From NCBI GenBank assembly GCA_964291285.2, contig OZ219788.1:416001-480000 (forward strand): 64,000 bases of DNA, read 5' to 3'. Position 1 is the stretch's first letter. Each line of letters starts with the position of its first letter. Positions 49,430 through 59,462 of this stretch are shown piece after piece. The stretch is from Alphaproteobacteria bacterium. GTDB taxonomy: Bacteria > Pseudomonadota > Alphaproteobacteria > Bin95. Position numbers and translations under genes: made by a program. Under the pieces are notes generated by a model that saw nothing but the letters and a program-made list of their open reading frames with translations, ran no database searches and was not told where the DNA came from.

Positions 49430-50356
49430 TCAGGCGGCGCAGCGCTGCACGGGGATGCCGAGGCTGCGGGCCTTGTCGACGAGGTTCTCGGTGATGCCGG
49501 AGCCGGGGAAGGCGATGACGCCCTTGGGCAGGAGGTTGAGCAGTTCGTCGTTGCGGCGGAAGGGTGCGGCGCGACCGTGGCGGTCCCAGTCGGGCTTGCA
49601 GACGACCTGGTGGACGCCGTTGCGCTCTGCCCAGCTGGCGGCGATCTTCTCGACGCCGGGGCCGCCGCCGTGGACGAGCACCATGTCGGCATACTTGGCG
49701 CGGACCTTGTCGAGGCGCTCGATGACGGCCGCCGGGTTTGCGATGTCCTTTCCGCCTGCGATGGCGACCAGTGTGCCTTGGGGCAGGTGTGCCTGTGTCT
49801 TGCGGTCCTTTCGGGCGCGGACGAAGTCGCGGGCGTCGATGGCTGCGGAGGTCAGATGTCCGGTCTGGCTGGCGTGGCTGCCGCGCCGGGGCCGCCATGT
49901 GTCGCCGGTGTCTGCGCGGTAGGCTTCGGCGGCCTCGTCGCGCAGGGTCTCGAAGGCGTCGCGGCGGTCGCCGAGGTTCTGCGCGCGGTCGGTCACGAGT
50001 TCCAGTTCCAGGGACCTGATCTCGGAGCCGTCCTGTGTGCGCTGGAGGTCCTGGAGTTCGGGGGTGAGCTTGTCGACACTACGGTCGAGGCGCTGTGTCT
50101 GTGCGTGGAGCATGTTGACGAAGCCCCAGAGGAGGTGTTCGCGTTCGTCGGCCATCTGGTATCCGTCGGGCGCGACGCCCTGGCTGAGGATGCGGAAGGC
50201 TTCGGCGACGGCGGTGATGGCCTCGTCCTGGTCCCAGATCTCTCGGGTGTCGAACTCGTCGCGCTCGGGGGTTGCGCCGAAGAGGGCGGCGTTGTCGCAG
50301 ACGATCGCGGTTGCGGACTGCGCTGCGGTTTCGATTGTGTCGGTATGGAAGGTCAT
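49430..50356 (-). CDS. DUF2493 / YspA-SLOG domain protein
   Basis: LLWGFVNMLH, WRPRRGS, VAIAGG, VLVHGG, AAPFRRNDELL, FPGSGITENL; AAAGGA RBS. Confidence 0.85.
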   Translation of the reverse strand: MTFHTDTIETAAQSATAIVCDNAALFGATPERDEFDTREIWDQDEAITAVAEAFRILSQGVAPDGYQMADEREHLLWGFVNMLHAQTQRLDRSVDKLTPELQDLQRTQDGSEIRSLELELVTDRAQNLGDRRDAFETLRDEAAEAYRADTGDTWRPRRGSHASQTGHLTSAAIDARDFVRARKDRKTQAHLPQGTLVAIAGGKDIANPAAVIERLDKVRAKYADMVLVHGGGPGVEKIAASWAERNGVHQVVCKPDWDRHGRAAPFRRNDELLNLLPKGVIAFPGSGITENLVDKARSLGIPVQRCAA

Positions 50357-50436
50357 GTCGTTTTCCTTTCGGTTTCACGTTCGGGGCCGATCCCCGTTGT
50401 GATGTCCTGTCGGGACACGCGCGCGGACCGCAGCCA

Positions 50437-50568
50437 CCGGGGCCGGAATGAATGGCCTGGCGGGATGCGCGAGTGGTGCGGGCGCACAAGCGAGCGCAGC
50501 GAGTGCGGAGCCACGGTCGCGCATTCCGTCAGGACTAGGCGCTTGCGCCGTTTCATTCCGAGTCCCGG
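50437..50568. other. Long imperfect intergenic hairpin (candidate ssDNA promoter/ssi or structured RNA)
   Basis: GGAATGAATGGC pairs with GCCGTTTCATTCC; CCTGGCGGGATGCGCGA with TCGCGCATTCCGTCAGG; inner GTGG/CCAC and CGCAC/GTGCG. Confidence 0.6.
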
Positions 50569-50880
50569 CCGGAACGGAGCGTCAGCGGAGTGGAGGACCC
50601 CGCAGGGGTTGGCGTAGGGAGCACGTGTGACACGATTGGACATCACAGCGGGGTGGCGTATTTCTCTCCCCCAGCACGGACCCCATCGTCGTTTCGGCAC
50701 GGCGTCGTGAAGGATCCGCGGCCCTTGTTAGTGACTGCCCGGAACTGCAAGCGGAGCGCGCAGCGACCGGAGGGGTGAGGGACAGGAGCGGATGGCCCGG
50801 TCGCGAAGCGGCGCGCCCGAATCCCCCGCCGCCATCGCCGCGGGGTTCGTCGGGGGCGATGCGTCGGAAGACGCTGGCGC

Positions 50881-51237
50881 TCATGACACGCTGCCTTCTG
50901 CCTGCCGGTCGTTGCGCTCGGCCAGCACCTGCGCGGCCCATTCCGCGGCCCGGGCGAGGACATCGCCGTGGCAGGGCAGCGGTTCGCACCAGCAGGCGAG
51001 CCAGCAGCCATTGAGTTCGGCCAGCTCCTCCAGCGAGACCTCGCCCGCGCGGATGCGGCGCCAGAGGTCGGCGCGGTAGCGGGCGATCGCCTGCGCGCGG
51101 TCCTGCCCGGGGGCGATTCGGAACGGATTGCCCCACCGGGTGCGGCGGTCGATCAGCACGGTGTTGTTGAAGACATGCGCGTATTCGAACGCCTCGCGCA
51201 GCCGGGTCTCGGTTTTCAGATTGACGACGGCTTTCAT
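50881..51237 (-). CDS. DUF4326 domain protein
   Basis: IDRRTRWGNPF, LACWCEPLPCHGDVL. Confidence 0.88.
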   Translation of the reverse strand: MKAVVNLKTETRLREAFEYAHVFNNTVLIDRRTRWGNPFRIAPGQDRAQAIARYRADLWRRIRAGEVSLEELAELNGCWLACWCEPLPCHGDVLARAAEWAAQVLAERNDRQAEGSVS

Positions 51238-52349
51238 GGACTCCCTCCACTCTTCGGGTCGGCTTGCCCGACCCTCCGCTCTCCTCTTCCTCCCCCGGAC
51301 CGGGAGCCCGCGCCGGCCGGGGAGCCGGAGGCGCAGGCGGCGGTACGGAACAGCGGCGCGAAGCGGGCGCGGAGCGTTGCCGGGCCGAGGGCGACGAGGT
51401 CGTCGTTGAAATCGTTGCCGGCGGGCAGGATGACGGTGGCGGCGACGCCGGCCCGCGCGCAGCGCCGGGCGAGGCGTTCGGCCGCGAGCGCGCCGTGCTC
51501 GTCATTGTCCTGCGCGATGACCAGCCGCGTGAGGCCGGGCGGCGGCGCGAACGCGCCGAGGCTCCCGGCCGAGAGCGCGGCGGCGGCCGTGATCTCGGGC
51601 ACGGCGGCGACCAGCGAGAGGACCGTCTCTATGCCCTCGCCGACGACGAGCGGCGCGTGGCCGGCAGGCGCGCCGAAGCGCACCGCGAGGCCGTGGATGC
51701 GGCCGAGCGCCTTGCGCGGCGCGGCGATGTCCGCCTTGGCGGGTGCGCGGGGATCGAGCCAGGTGCGCTGCACACCGAGGATGGCGCCGTCGTCGCCGGT
51801 GACGGCGGCGACCAGCGCCGGGAAGCGGTGCACCGCCGGGCCGTCGCGGTAGCGAAGCTCCGGGTGATAGCGCAGCGCCGCGAAACGGCAGCGCGCGAGA
51901 CCCCGGGCATGCAGGTAGCGCTCGGCGTGGCTGCCGGCAATGGCGCGGCAGCGCCGCCACAGGCGGCGGGCAGCCTCTGTCGCGTCCCAGGGCGCGTCCG
52001 GGGCTCCCGGATACCCGGAACAAGTCCGGGCACTGTCCGGGTCAGGCTCCAGGGCGAGGAAGGCGCACGCCTCGTCGAGCGCCGCGCGCAGCGTCGGCGC
52101 GCCCGAGCGGTAGCGGACCAGATCGAGCAGGTCGCCGTGCGTGCCCCGGGCCGCATCGGTCCACTTCCCCGGCGTGCCGGGTCCGGAGAGGCGGACGAAG
52201 AGCGAGCGTCCGCGGGCGCCGTCGAGGTCGCCGCAGATCCAGTAGCGGCCCTGCCGGCGGCCATGGGGCAGATAGCGTCGGCAGACCGCCTCGGCGCGCG
52301 CGGCAAGCGCGGCGGCGATGGCGGCGGCGGGAGACGGTTGGTGCTGCAT
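51234..52349 (-). CDS. Toprim-domain primase-like protein of conjugative backbones
   Basis: GKWTDAA...GDLLDL, AERYLHARGL, GVQRTWL, VGEGIETVLS, IAQDND, DFNDDL; GGAAGG RBS. Confidence 0.85.
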   Translation of the reverse strand: MQHQPSPAAAIAAALAARAEAVCRRYLPHGRRQGRYWICGDLDGARGRSLFVRLSGPGTPGKWTDAARGTHGDLLDLVRYRSGAPTLRAALDEACAFLALEPDPDSARTCSGYPGAPDAPWDATEAARRLWRRCRAIAGSHAERYLHARGLARCRFAALRYHPELRYRDGPAVHRFPALVAAVTGDDGAILGVQRTWLDPRAPAKADIAAPRKALGRIHGLAVRFGAPAGHAPLVVGEGIETVLSLVAAVPEITAAAALSAGSLGAFAPPPGLTRLVIAQDNDEHGALAAERLARRCARAGVAATVILPAGNDFNDDLVALGPATLRARFAPLFRTAACASGSPAGAGSRSGGGRGERRVGQADPKSGGSP

Positions 52350-52481
52350 GCGGGACTTCCTTCCATGTCGAGCGGGACGCCCGATACCGGCCGCCCTCCG
52401 CCTCTGGACGGCGCCGGAAGGCGAGCGGCCCGCGCCAGGCGCGGGCGCGGCGCCCGGACGGACCGCCTCCGGTTCGGCTGC

Positions 52482-52511
52482 AAAAAAAGGCCGGCGCGCG
52501 AGGCGCCGGCC
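52482..52511 (-). terminator. Rho-independent terminator after ssb
   Basis: Minus strand GGCCGGCGC-CTCGC-GCGCCGGCC followed by T7. Confidence 0.75.
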
Positions 52512-52537
52512 CTGTGGGGAAGGAAGAACGGGAAGCT

Positions 52538-52981
52538 CTAGAACGGGATCTCGTCCCCGTCCATCGGGTCGCCGCCGGCCGGCGCGGAGCCGTCCGCCGC
52601 GTCCGGGCCGGGCTGCGCGGCGTTGCCGTTCGGCTTGTCGAGGAACTGGACGCGCCCGCCGGGGACCAGCAGGATCTCGGTCGAGAAGCGGTCGCCGTCC
52701 TCGCCCGGCTTCGACCAGCGCCGGGTCTGGAGCTTGCCGTCGATGTAGACCAGCCGGCCCTTGGTGGCGTGCTTCCCGAGCATGTCGATCAGCCCGTCCT
52801 GGAAGGTCACGACCCGGTGCCACTCGGTCCTGTCGACCTTCTCGCCGGTCTGCTTGTTGATGAACGACTCGTCGGTCGCGATGCTCAGGTTGGCGACGCG
52901 CCCGCCCGAGGCGAGGTGGTTGACGGTGACGTCCGCGCCGAGGCGGCCGATGATCTGCACCTTGTTCAGTCCGAAGCTCAT
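52538..52981 (-). CDS. ssb: Single-stranded DNA-binding protein
   Basis: LNKVQIIGRLGAD, TEWHRVV, KGRLVYIDGKLQTR, acidic DEIPF tail. Confidence 0.96.
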   Translation of the reverse strand: MSFGLNKVQIIGRLGADVTVNHLASGGRVANLSIATDESFINKQTGEKVDRTEWHRVVTFQDGLIDMLGKHATKGRLVYIDGKLQTRRWSKPGEDGDRFSTEILLVPGGRVQFLDKPNGNAAQPGPDAADGSAPAGGDPMDGDEIPF

Positions 52982-53073
52982 TGCGATACTCCTTCAGGTT
53001 CGCGTTCATGACGGTGGGTTGCGAACGACCGGAGGCCGGGACACCCTCCCGACCCCCCGCCCGTTCAATCTCT

Positions 53074-53343
53074 TCAGGCCCTCCTCCACCTCCGGTTCGC
53101 CGGAGGGAGCGGCGCCGCCGGGTCCCGGAACTCCGCCGGCGCCGCTTCCTGGAGGGACATCCCGAGGGCCGGTTCCGGGAAGAGGCTCGCGAAGCCGTGC
53201 ACCGGACAGGCCGCGCCCCGGTCGGGACAGCGGATGGCGCGCTCGTCCTCCGTGATCTCGCGGACGGTGCGGCGGTCGACGCCGAGTTCGGCGAGCAGGT
53301 CGCAGCCGGTCGGAAGGTCGAGGGATGTATCGGGATGAAACAT
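53074..53343 (-). CDS. Small hypothetical protein
   Basis: AGAGGAG RBS before MFHPDTSL; co-oriented with neighbours. Confidence 0.4.
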   Translation of the reverse strand: MFHPDTSLDLPTGCDLLAELGVDRRTVREITEDERAIRCPDRGAACPVHGFASLFPEPALGMSLQEAAPAEFRDPAAPLPPANRRWRRA

Positions 53344-53465
53344 GGCGGGAACTCCTCTGCCGTTGCCCTGCCCGGCAACCTGTGCCGGACACCGATCCGG
53401 CATCGGCGGGGAGTTCCTCTCCTCCGCCCTGCCGGACACTCGCCCGGCAGGCGCTTCACTCCTCT

Positions 53466-54002
53466 CTACGACGGGGGGACGGCGCGGCGGATCGCGGCCA
53501 GGCGCTCGCAGACGGCGCGCGGCGGCATCGACCCCAGGTTCAGCACCGGGATGCCGCGGGTCCGGGCGATGCGGATGGCCATGCCCGTGCCGCCGGTTGA
53601 CGCGCCGCGCTCGCTCCACCACACGACCGCATCGACCGGTCGCTCCAGGGTCCCGCCGAGCACCACCGCCGCGTTCCGGGCATGCAGCTTGCGCACGGCC
53701 GGCGAACAGCGCTCCCAGGCCGGATGCAGGGGCGCCGCGATCTCCAGGCTTGCCGCCATCGCCGCCGGAGACAGGGTCCGGCAGTCGGCGCCGCGATGCC
53801 CGTTATAGCCCCGCCACGGCAGCCAGATCGTCCGCTGCTCTGCTGACGCTCCCGCCGCAAACGCCGCATCGGCGCCGCCCGCTCCGCCGCTCGACAGATG
53901 CCAGCCGGTCCGAGCCAGCCATCCCGCCATCGTGGTCATGTCGGCCAGCATCCCCGTCGGCGTCGCCCGCGCCCCGATCCCCGCATAGGTCAATGTCGTC
54001 AT
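53466..54002 (-). CDS. DprA/Smf-like SLOG (Rossmann-fold) protein
   Basis: YAGIGARATP, LSSGGAGGADAAF, LHARN, GGTGMAIRIA, IPVLNL. Confidence 0.8.
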   Translation of the reverse strand: MTTLTYAGIGARATPTGMLADMTTMAGWLARTGWHLSSGGAGGADAAFAAGASAEQRTIWLPWRGYNGHRGADCRTLSPAAMAASLEIAAPLHPAWERCSPAVRKLHARNAAVVLGGTLERPVDAVVWWSERGASTGGTGMAIRIARTRGIPVLNLGSMPPRAVCERLAAIRRAVPPS

Positions 54003-54411
54003 GGTCCGATCTCCCCGGTTGCGTCCGCCGCGGCTCCCTCCCGGTCATCGGCTTCGCTCCCGAACCGCCTTTCTACACCTCTGCGGCGCGAACGGGTCGG
54101 CCTCGCCTGCATTGCCGCGCTGCGCGGGACATCGGTGCGCATGAACGGGCGGGGATCGATGGCGCGGCGCGGGTGACGACAGATGGCGGCGGGCCGGCAG
54201 CGGAGCATGGCCGCCATGTGCGAGCCCCCATGGGCCGCCGGACGGCGCAGGGCCGGCTACGCAGTCGTGCGGCGGCCGAAACCGGGCGGCCCCGGCAAGA
54301 CGGCGACGGGCCGGCTGCACAGCAGGAAGACGAAAGCGGTCGGGTCGCCCGTTCCGTCGCGCCGGAAAGGAGACGACATGGCGAAAGGAACGGTCGGAGG
54401 GCGATTCTGCC

Positions 54412-54681
54412 TCAGTGCCACGGCTCGCCGTCGGGATCGCCGTCCCCGGCGCGCATGGACGCCGCCGCCATGGTGGTCCAAGCCTCGCGGTCGTAACCGA
54501 GCCGACGGTTCAGCCTGTCGCAAAGGCCGAGAGCATCGTCGAGGTCGAGGGCGATGAGCGCGGTGGGGACATGCCCGGCGAGGCCTTCGATGACGATTCT
54601 GATCTGCTGGGCATCGACTTCGACGTCCCAGGCGGGCGCGAAGCAGAAGTTCGGGCAGTCCGGCAGGGTCTGCGCGGTCAT
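54412..54681 (-). CDS. Small hypothetical protein
   Basis: AAGGAG RBS before MTAQTLPDC; good codon bias. Confidence 0.55.
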   Translation of the reverse strand: MTAQTLPDCPNFCFAPAWDVEVDAQQIRIVIEGLAGHVPTALIALDLDDALGLCDRLNRRLGYDREAWTTMAAASMRAGDGDPDGEPWH

Positions 54682-54772
54682 GGCGTCGGTCTCCTTGTCG
54701 GGGCGGGTCGGCGGCCGCCCGGCCGGCAATACGTATCCCGGCCGGGCATTGAACGGGGGAATTCTCCGGGAG

Positions 54773-57700
54773 TCACGCGGCGGGCGGCCAGCGTTCGAGG
54801 ACGCGCTCCAGCGCGCCGGCATGGGGCGCGAATATCCGGGCGCGGAACGAGACGATCTCGATCGCGCAGCCCATGCGCCGGAGCGTCGGCAGGTCGGTAT
54901 CGGCCGGCCCCTCGACCTCGATGCGGTCGGCGCCCATCAGGCGGCGGCGGGCGAGCCGCCAGCCATTGGCGAGCGCGAGCGGGTTGCCGCGTTCCATCAC
55001 CGCCGCGAAGGCTTCCGCGGCGGTGATGGCGGGTCCGCCGTCGAGGCCGAACCCGGCGCGCACGGCGCGGACCTGCTCCGCGTCGAGCACGCGCCCGATG
55101 AGGGCCATGCCGTCGTCGCTGGTGAGCCGGCGGACGCGCATGTTCTCGGCCGGGAGGCGGTCCCAGACGGGCAGCAGCAGGCCGGTGGCGAGCCAGAAGC
55201 GGGACTCGCGGTGGGACGGCAGGCCGGCGGTCTCGGCGTCCCAGAGCATGCGCCAGTGCCGTTCGTCGGCATGGCTCCAGCTGGAAGCGGCGAACTCGGC
55301 CCGGGCCATGCGGTCCCGGGCGGCGGGGCGGAGCAGCTGCACGCGTTCCTGCACCCCGCCGTCCTCGAGCATGCGCGACGGGGCGGGCAGCAGGACGGCG
55401 GCGCGCCTCGAGCGCGCGTTGACCACGAGGCGGGGCTTCCCGTCCGGTCCCGGATCGCGGCTTCCGATCTCCAGCGCGGCATCTGCGGTGAGCGGCATGA
55501 GCCTGTCGCGGCGGACGATCCCTACCAGTTCGGTGGCGGCCCCGGCGCCGGGATGCTCATGGAGCGTCTCCCTGCCGGCGACAGTGAGCGAGTCGGCGGT
55601 GACCGTCTCGACCCCCCGTTCGTAGCTGCCGGCCTCGATGGCCTGCTCGATATTGGCGGCGATGCGCTCTTCCAGCGCGGCGAAGAGCCGGTTCTGCTCG
55701 TCGATGGGGAGCGCCAGCAGCCGGTTGAGGAACTTCGGCATCGGCGGCAGGTCGTCCTTGAGCCCGCCCTCGTGGACGATCCTGAGGCCGGTCGACTCCT
55801 GGAACCGTTCCGCGTTCCAGCCCTCGATGGCGCCGCGCCAGAGCGCGCCGTAGAACTGCCTGAGCGCCGCCTTCGCGTAGGCGCTCTCCAGGTTGTCGCT
55901 CTCGCGGAAGAGCGCGGCGTCGCCCATGGCGGTCTGGCTGTCGCGTTGGCCGCGGGTGATGGCGCCCAGGCTGTCGAGCCGCCGGGCGATGGTGGCGATG
56001 AAGCGGCGCTCGCCCTTCACGTCGGTGGTGACGGGCCGGAAGAGCGGCGCGGAGGCTTGGTGCGTCCTGTGGGTGCGGCCCAGCCCCTGGATCGCCTGGT
56101 CGGCCCTCCAGCCGGGCTCCAGCAGGTAGTGGATGCGCCGCTCCGTGTTCCCGCAGGAGAGGTCGGCATGGTAGCTCCTGCCCGTCCCGCCGGCCATGGA
56201 GAACACCAGGATGCGCTTGCTTCCGTCCATGAACGCGGCGGTTTCGGCGAGATTGGCGGAGGCGGGCCGCGAGCGCAGCGCGAGGCGTTCGCCCCTTGCG
56301 TCCACGATGCGCAGCACCCGCCGCGACCGGCCGGTGACCTCGGCGACGGCCTTGTCCCCGAAATGCTGCACGATCCGGTCCAGCGCCGTCGGCACCGGCG
56401 GCAGGGCGGCGAGCTTTTCGATCAGCGCGTCGCGCCGCTCCTCGGCCTCCTTGCAGACGATCGTGTTGCCGTCGGCGTCCCTGGCGGGGCGGCCGAGCAG
56501 CTTGCCGCCGTCGTCGGTGAAGGGCTCCTGCAGCTGCACCGGGAAGGCGTGCATCAGGCAGGACAGGATGGCGTCCCGGGGCGTGAGGTCGATATTGAGG
56601 TCGTCCCACTCAGAGGCCGGGACCTCGGCGATGCGCCGTTCCATGAGCGCCTCGCCGGTCGAGACCAGCTGGACCACGGCCGAGCGCCCGGCTTCGAGGT
56701 CGGCCTCGATGGCGCGGATCAGGCTCGGGCACTTCATGCCGGTGAGCAGATGGCCGAAGAAGCGCTGCTTCGTGCCCTCGAAGGCGCTCAGCGCTGCCGC
56801 TTTTGCGCTCCTGTTGAGCGTGTCCTCGCCCCGGACGATGCCGGTGGCCTTCAGCGCCTCCCCGATATTGTGGTGGATCACCTTGAAGGCGCCGGCATAG
56901 GCATCGTAGATGCGCCGCTGCTCCGGGGTGAGCGAATGTTCGAGTATGTCGACCTCGATGCCGTCATAGGCGAGCGCCCTTGCCTGGTAGAGGCCGAGGG
57001 CCTTGAGGTCGCGGGCAACGACCTCCATCGCGGCGACGCCGCCGGCCTCCATGGCGGAGACGAAGGCGGTGCGGGTCTCGAACGGCGTCTCGCCGGCGGC
57101 CCAGAGGCCGAGCCGGCCGGCATAGGCGAGGCCGGGGAGCGTGGTGGCGCCGGTGGCCGAGACATAGGCGATGCGGGCGTCGGGCAGCGCGTTCTGCAGG
57201 CGCAGGCCGGCGCGGCCCTGCTGCGACGGCTTCGTCTCGCCGCGTTCGCTCTTCGAGCCGGCGGCGTTGGCCATGGCGTGGGCCTCGTCGAAGACGATGA
57301 CCCCGTCGAAGGCGCGGCGGTCCTCCTCGTCCAACGAGCCGGCGAGCCACTCGACGACCTGCTCCAGCCGCGAGGGCCTGCCTTGGCGGGACGGCGAGCG
57401 CAGCGTGGCGTAGGTGGCGAACAGGATGCCCTCGTCGAGGGGGATCTCCCGCCCCTGGCGAAAGGCGCCGAGCGGGATGACGTCGCTCTCCAGCCCGCCG
57501 AGCGCGGTCCAGTCGCGCCTTGCGTCCTCCAGCAGCTTGTCGGACTGGGAGAGCCAGAGGGCGCGCTTCCGGCCCCTCAGCCGGTTGTCGAGGATGACGG
57601 CGGCGACCTGCCGGCCCTTGCCGCAGCCGGTGCCGTCGCCCAGCATCCAGCCCCGGCGGAAGCGCACCGGCTTCGACAGGGTCTCGCTTTCCCGGGTGAC

Positions 57701-59257
57701 GAGGGAGGTGTCGATGTCCGCCTCGTCCTCTCCGTCCTGCGGGCAGCGGTGGACGGTCTCCCAGCCGGAGCCGATGCGGTATTGCGCTGCCAGATGGCGG
57801 GAATGGGCCTCGCCCGCCAGCACGACGCTCTCGAGCTGGGCGTCGGACAGCAGGCCGTCGGTCACCACGCGCTCCGGCAGCATGGGCCGGTATGCCGGCG
57901 CCGGATGGGGCACGGCGGCCATGGCGGCGGACTGCACCAGCGGCGTCGGATGCTCGACCGCCCCCGGCACCCGCACCGCGCCGGGCCGCCAGGGCGCCCA
58001 GGGGCCGGTGTCGGCGGCGGGTCGGGTATCCTGTTCGGCAGGCTCGACCGGCCCGGTCTCGACGACCAGCTCCGTAACCGGCCCCCGGTCATGGGCCTGC
58101 CGGGTCTCGGGCGTCGATGCGGGCCTGGGTCCCTGCCGCTTCGCGGGCGGCGGCGCGACGGCTGCGCCGAACAGGTCGCGGGCGGGACCTGCCGGCGTGC
58201 GCACGATCGGCTGGCGCTTCGGCACGCGCGCGATGACGGCATCGAGCAGTTCGGCGGCGTTCGCGGCGCGGGCGGTCGTGTCCAGCTCGACTTCAGGTCC
58301 GGCGCCGCGCTCCAGCACGGTGAGGCGGGTGTCGAAGCCGGTGCCGCGCCTGGCATAGGCCCGCCCGTCGATCGCCATGGTGAAGATGCAGCGGGCGTCG
58401 TCGAGCGAGCCGAAGGCATCGCGCCATGCGGTGCCGCCGGGCGCGCAATGGGCCGAGGTGACCGCGACCAGCCGCCCGCCCGGCGGCAGCATCGAAGCGG
58501 CCGAGCGGACATGGCGCAGATCGGCGCCGCGGGCGGTGCGGTCGACGCCGGGCGTTGCCGAGAAGGGCGGGTTCATCAGCACCACGGTCGGCCGGACGTC
58601 GCACAGCCGGTCCGCGATCCCCTCGGCGTCGAACGCGGTGACGGCGGCCCCGGGGAACAGCCGCGTCAGCAACCGCGCCCGCGTGGGCGCGTATTCATTG
58701 AGATGGAGCGCGCCTGCCGCCCGGTCGCCCAGCGCGCACTGCGCCATCACCGCCAGCATGCCGGTGCCGGCGGAAGGTTCCAGCACGGTATCGCCCGGCC
58801 GGATGGCGGCGGCCTGGAGGGCGGCATAGGCGAGCGGCAGCGGGGTCGAGAACTGCTGGAGGCGGACCTGCTCCTCCGAGCGCCTGGTGTGGGAGGGTTC
58901 CAGCGCGGCGACGGCCTCCAGCATCGCCAGCATGCGGCGGGGTCCGCCCGCATTTCGGCGCATGGCCCGGGCGTAGCGCTGCATGAAGATCACCACGGCC
59001 GCCTCGGCGGCTTCATAGGCGTCCTTCCAGACCCAGCCGCCCCCGGCGTCGGTGGCGCCGAAGGCCTTTGTCATGGCGGCGCGCAGCGTCGCGGCGTCGA
59101 GCGGCCGTCCGGCCTCCAGCACCGGCAGCAGGGTTCGGGCGGCGGCGATCAGGGCGTCGCCCGCGGCCGGGCGGTCCGACGGGGCGGCCGGATCGATGGG
59201 GACTGCGGGAGGAAGAGGGCGCGCGAGGGCGTCCGGCGCCGTGGGGGCGTCGAGCAT
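54773..59257 (-). CDS. Methyltransferase-like + strawberry-notch (SF2) helicase fusion
   Basis: VLEPSAGTG and LMNPPF MTase motifs; GDGTGCGKGRQ, FDEAH, SATG, AGGTGRSYHAD, QGLGRTHRTHQ. Confidence 0.92.
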   Translation of the reverse strand: MLDAPTAPDALARPLPPAVPIDPAAPSDRPAAGDALIAAARTLLPVLEAGRPLDAATLRAAMTKAFGATDAGGGWVWKDAYEAAEAAVVIFMQRYARAMRRNAGGPRRMLAMLEAVAALEPSHTRRSEEQVRLQQFSTPLPLAYAALQAAAIRPGDTVLEPSAGTGMLAVMAQCALGDRAAGALHLNEYAPTRARLLTRLFPGAAVTAFDAEGIADRLCDVRPTVVLMNPPFSATPGVDRTARGADLRHVRSAASMLPPGGRLVAVTSAHCAPGGTAWRDAFGSLDDARCIFTMAIDGRAYARRGTGFDTRLTVLERGAGPEVELDTTARAANAAELLDAVIARVPKRQPIVRTPAGPARDLFGAAVAPPPAKRQGPRPASTPETRQAHDRGPVTELVVETGPVEPAEQDTRPAADTGPWAPWRPGAVRVPGAVEHPTPLVQSAAMAAVPHPAPAYRPMLPERVVTDGLLSDAQLESVVLAGEAHSRHLAAQYRIGSGWETVHRCPQDGEDEADIDTSLVTRESETLSKPVRFRRGWMLGDGTGCGKGRQVAAVILDNRLRGRKRALWLSQSDKLLEDARRDWTALGGLESDVIPLGAFRQGREIPLDEGILFATYATLRSPSRQGRPSRLEQVVEWLAGSLDEEDRRAFDGVIVFDEAHAMANAAGSKSERGETKPSQQGRAGLRLQNALPDARIAYVSATGATTLPGLAYAGRLGLWAAGETPFETRTAFVSAMEAGGVAAMEVVARDLKALGLYQARALAYDGIEVDILEHSLTPEQRRIYDAYAGAFKVIHHNIGEALKATGIVRGEDTLNRSAKAAALSAFEGTKQRFFGHLLTGMKCPSLIRAIEADLEAGRSAVVQLVSTGEALMERRIAEVPASEWDDLNIDLTPRDAILSCLMHAFPVQLQEPFTDDGGKLLGRPARDADGNTIVCKEAEERRDALIEKLAALPPVPTALDRIVQHFGDKAVAEVTGRSRRVLRIVDARGERLALRSRPASANLAETAAFMDGSKRILVFSMAGGTGRSYHADLSCGNTERRIHYLLEPGWRADQAIQGLGRTHRTHQASAPLFRPVTTDVKGERRFIATIARRLDSLGAITRGQRDSQTAMGDAALFRESDNLESAYAKAALRQFYGALWRGAIEGWNAERFQESTGLRIVHEGGLKDDLPPMPKFLNRLLALPIDEQNRLFAALEERIAANIEQAIEAGSYERGVETVTADSLTVAGRETLHEHPGAGAATELVGIVRRDRLMPLTADAALEIGSRDPGPDGKPRLVVNARSRRAAVLLPAPSRMLEDGGVQERVQLLRPAARDRMARAEFAASSWSHADERHWRMLWDAETAGLPSHRESRFWLATGLLLPVWDRLPAENMRVRRLTSDDGMALIGRVLDAEQVRAVRAGFGLDGGPAITAAEAFAAVMERGNPLALANGWRLARRRLMGADRIEVEGPADTDLPTLRRMGCAIEIVSFRARIFAPHAGALERVLERWPPAA

Positions 59258-59462
59258 GGACAGTCTCCGTGCTGGAAGGGCGTGGCGGCGGCGGCGCGGC
59301 GCGAGTCTTCCCGCACCATCCCCGCCGGACTGCCCCCGGACGGCTGACCGGACTCCCGCCGGCGCCGGGCGCGCCGGGGCAACCCGGCGCGGGCGGAGGA
59401 TGCGTTCGGGAAGGTGCGGGGTTACCTGGGGAACCCGCGCCGTTGAGGTCGGGCGTGGCGGA

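Noticed and set aside
54554-59347. 1597-aa plus-strand ORF and similar long antisense ORFs across the window
   Set aside because: Shadow ORFs of high-GC genes on the opposite strand with no protein motifs
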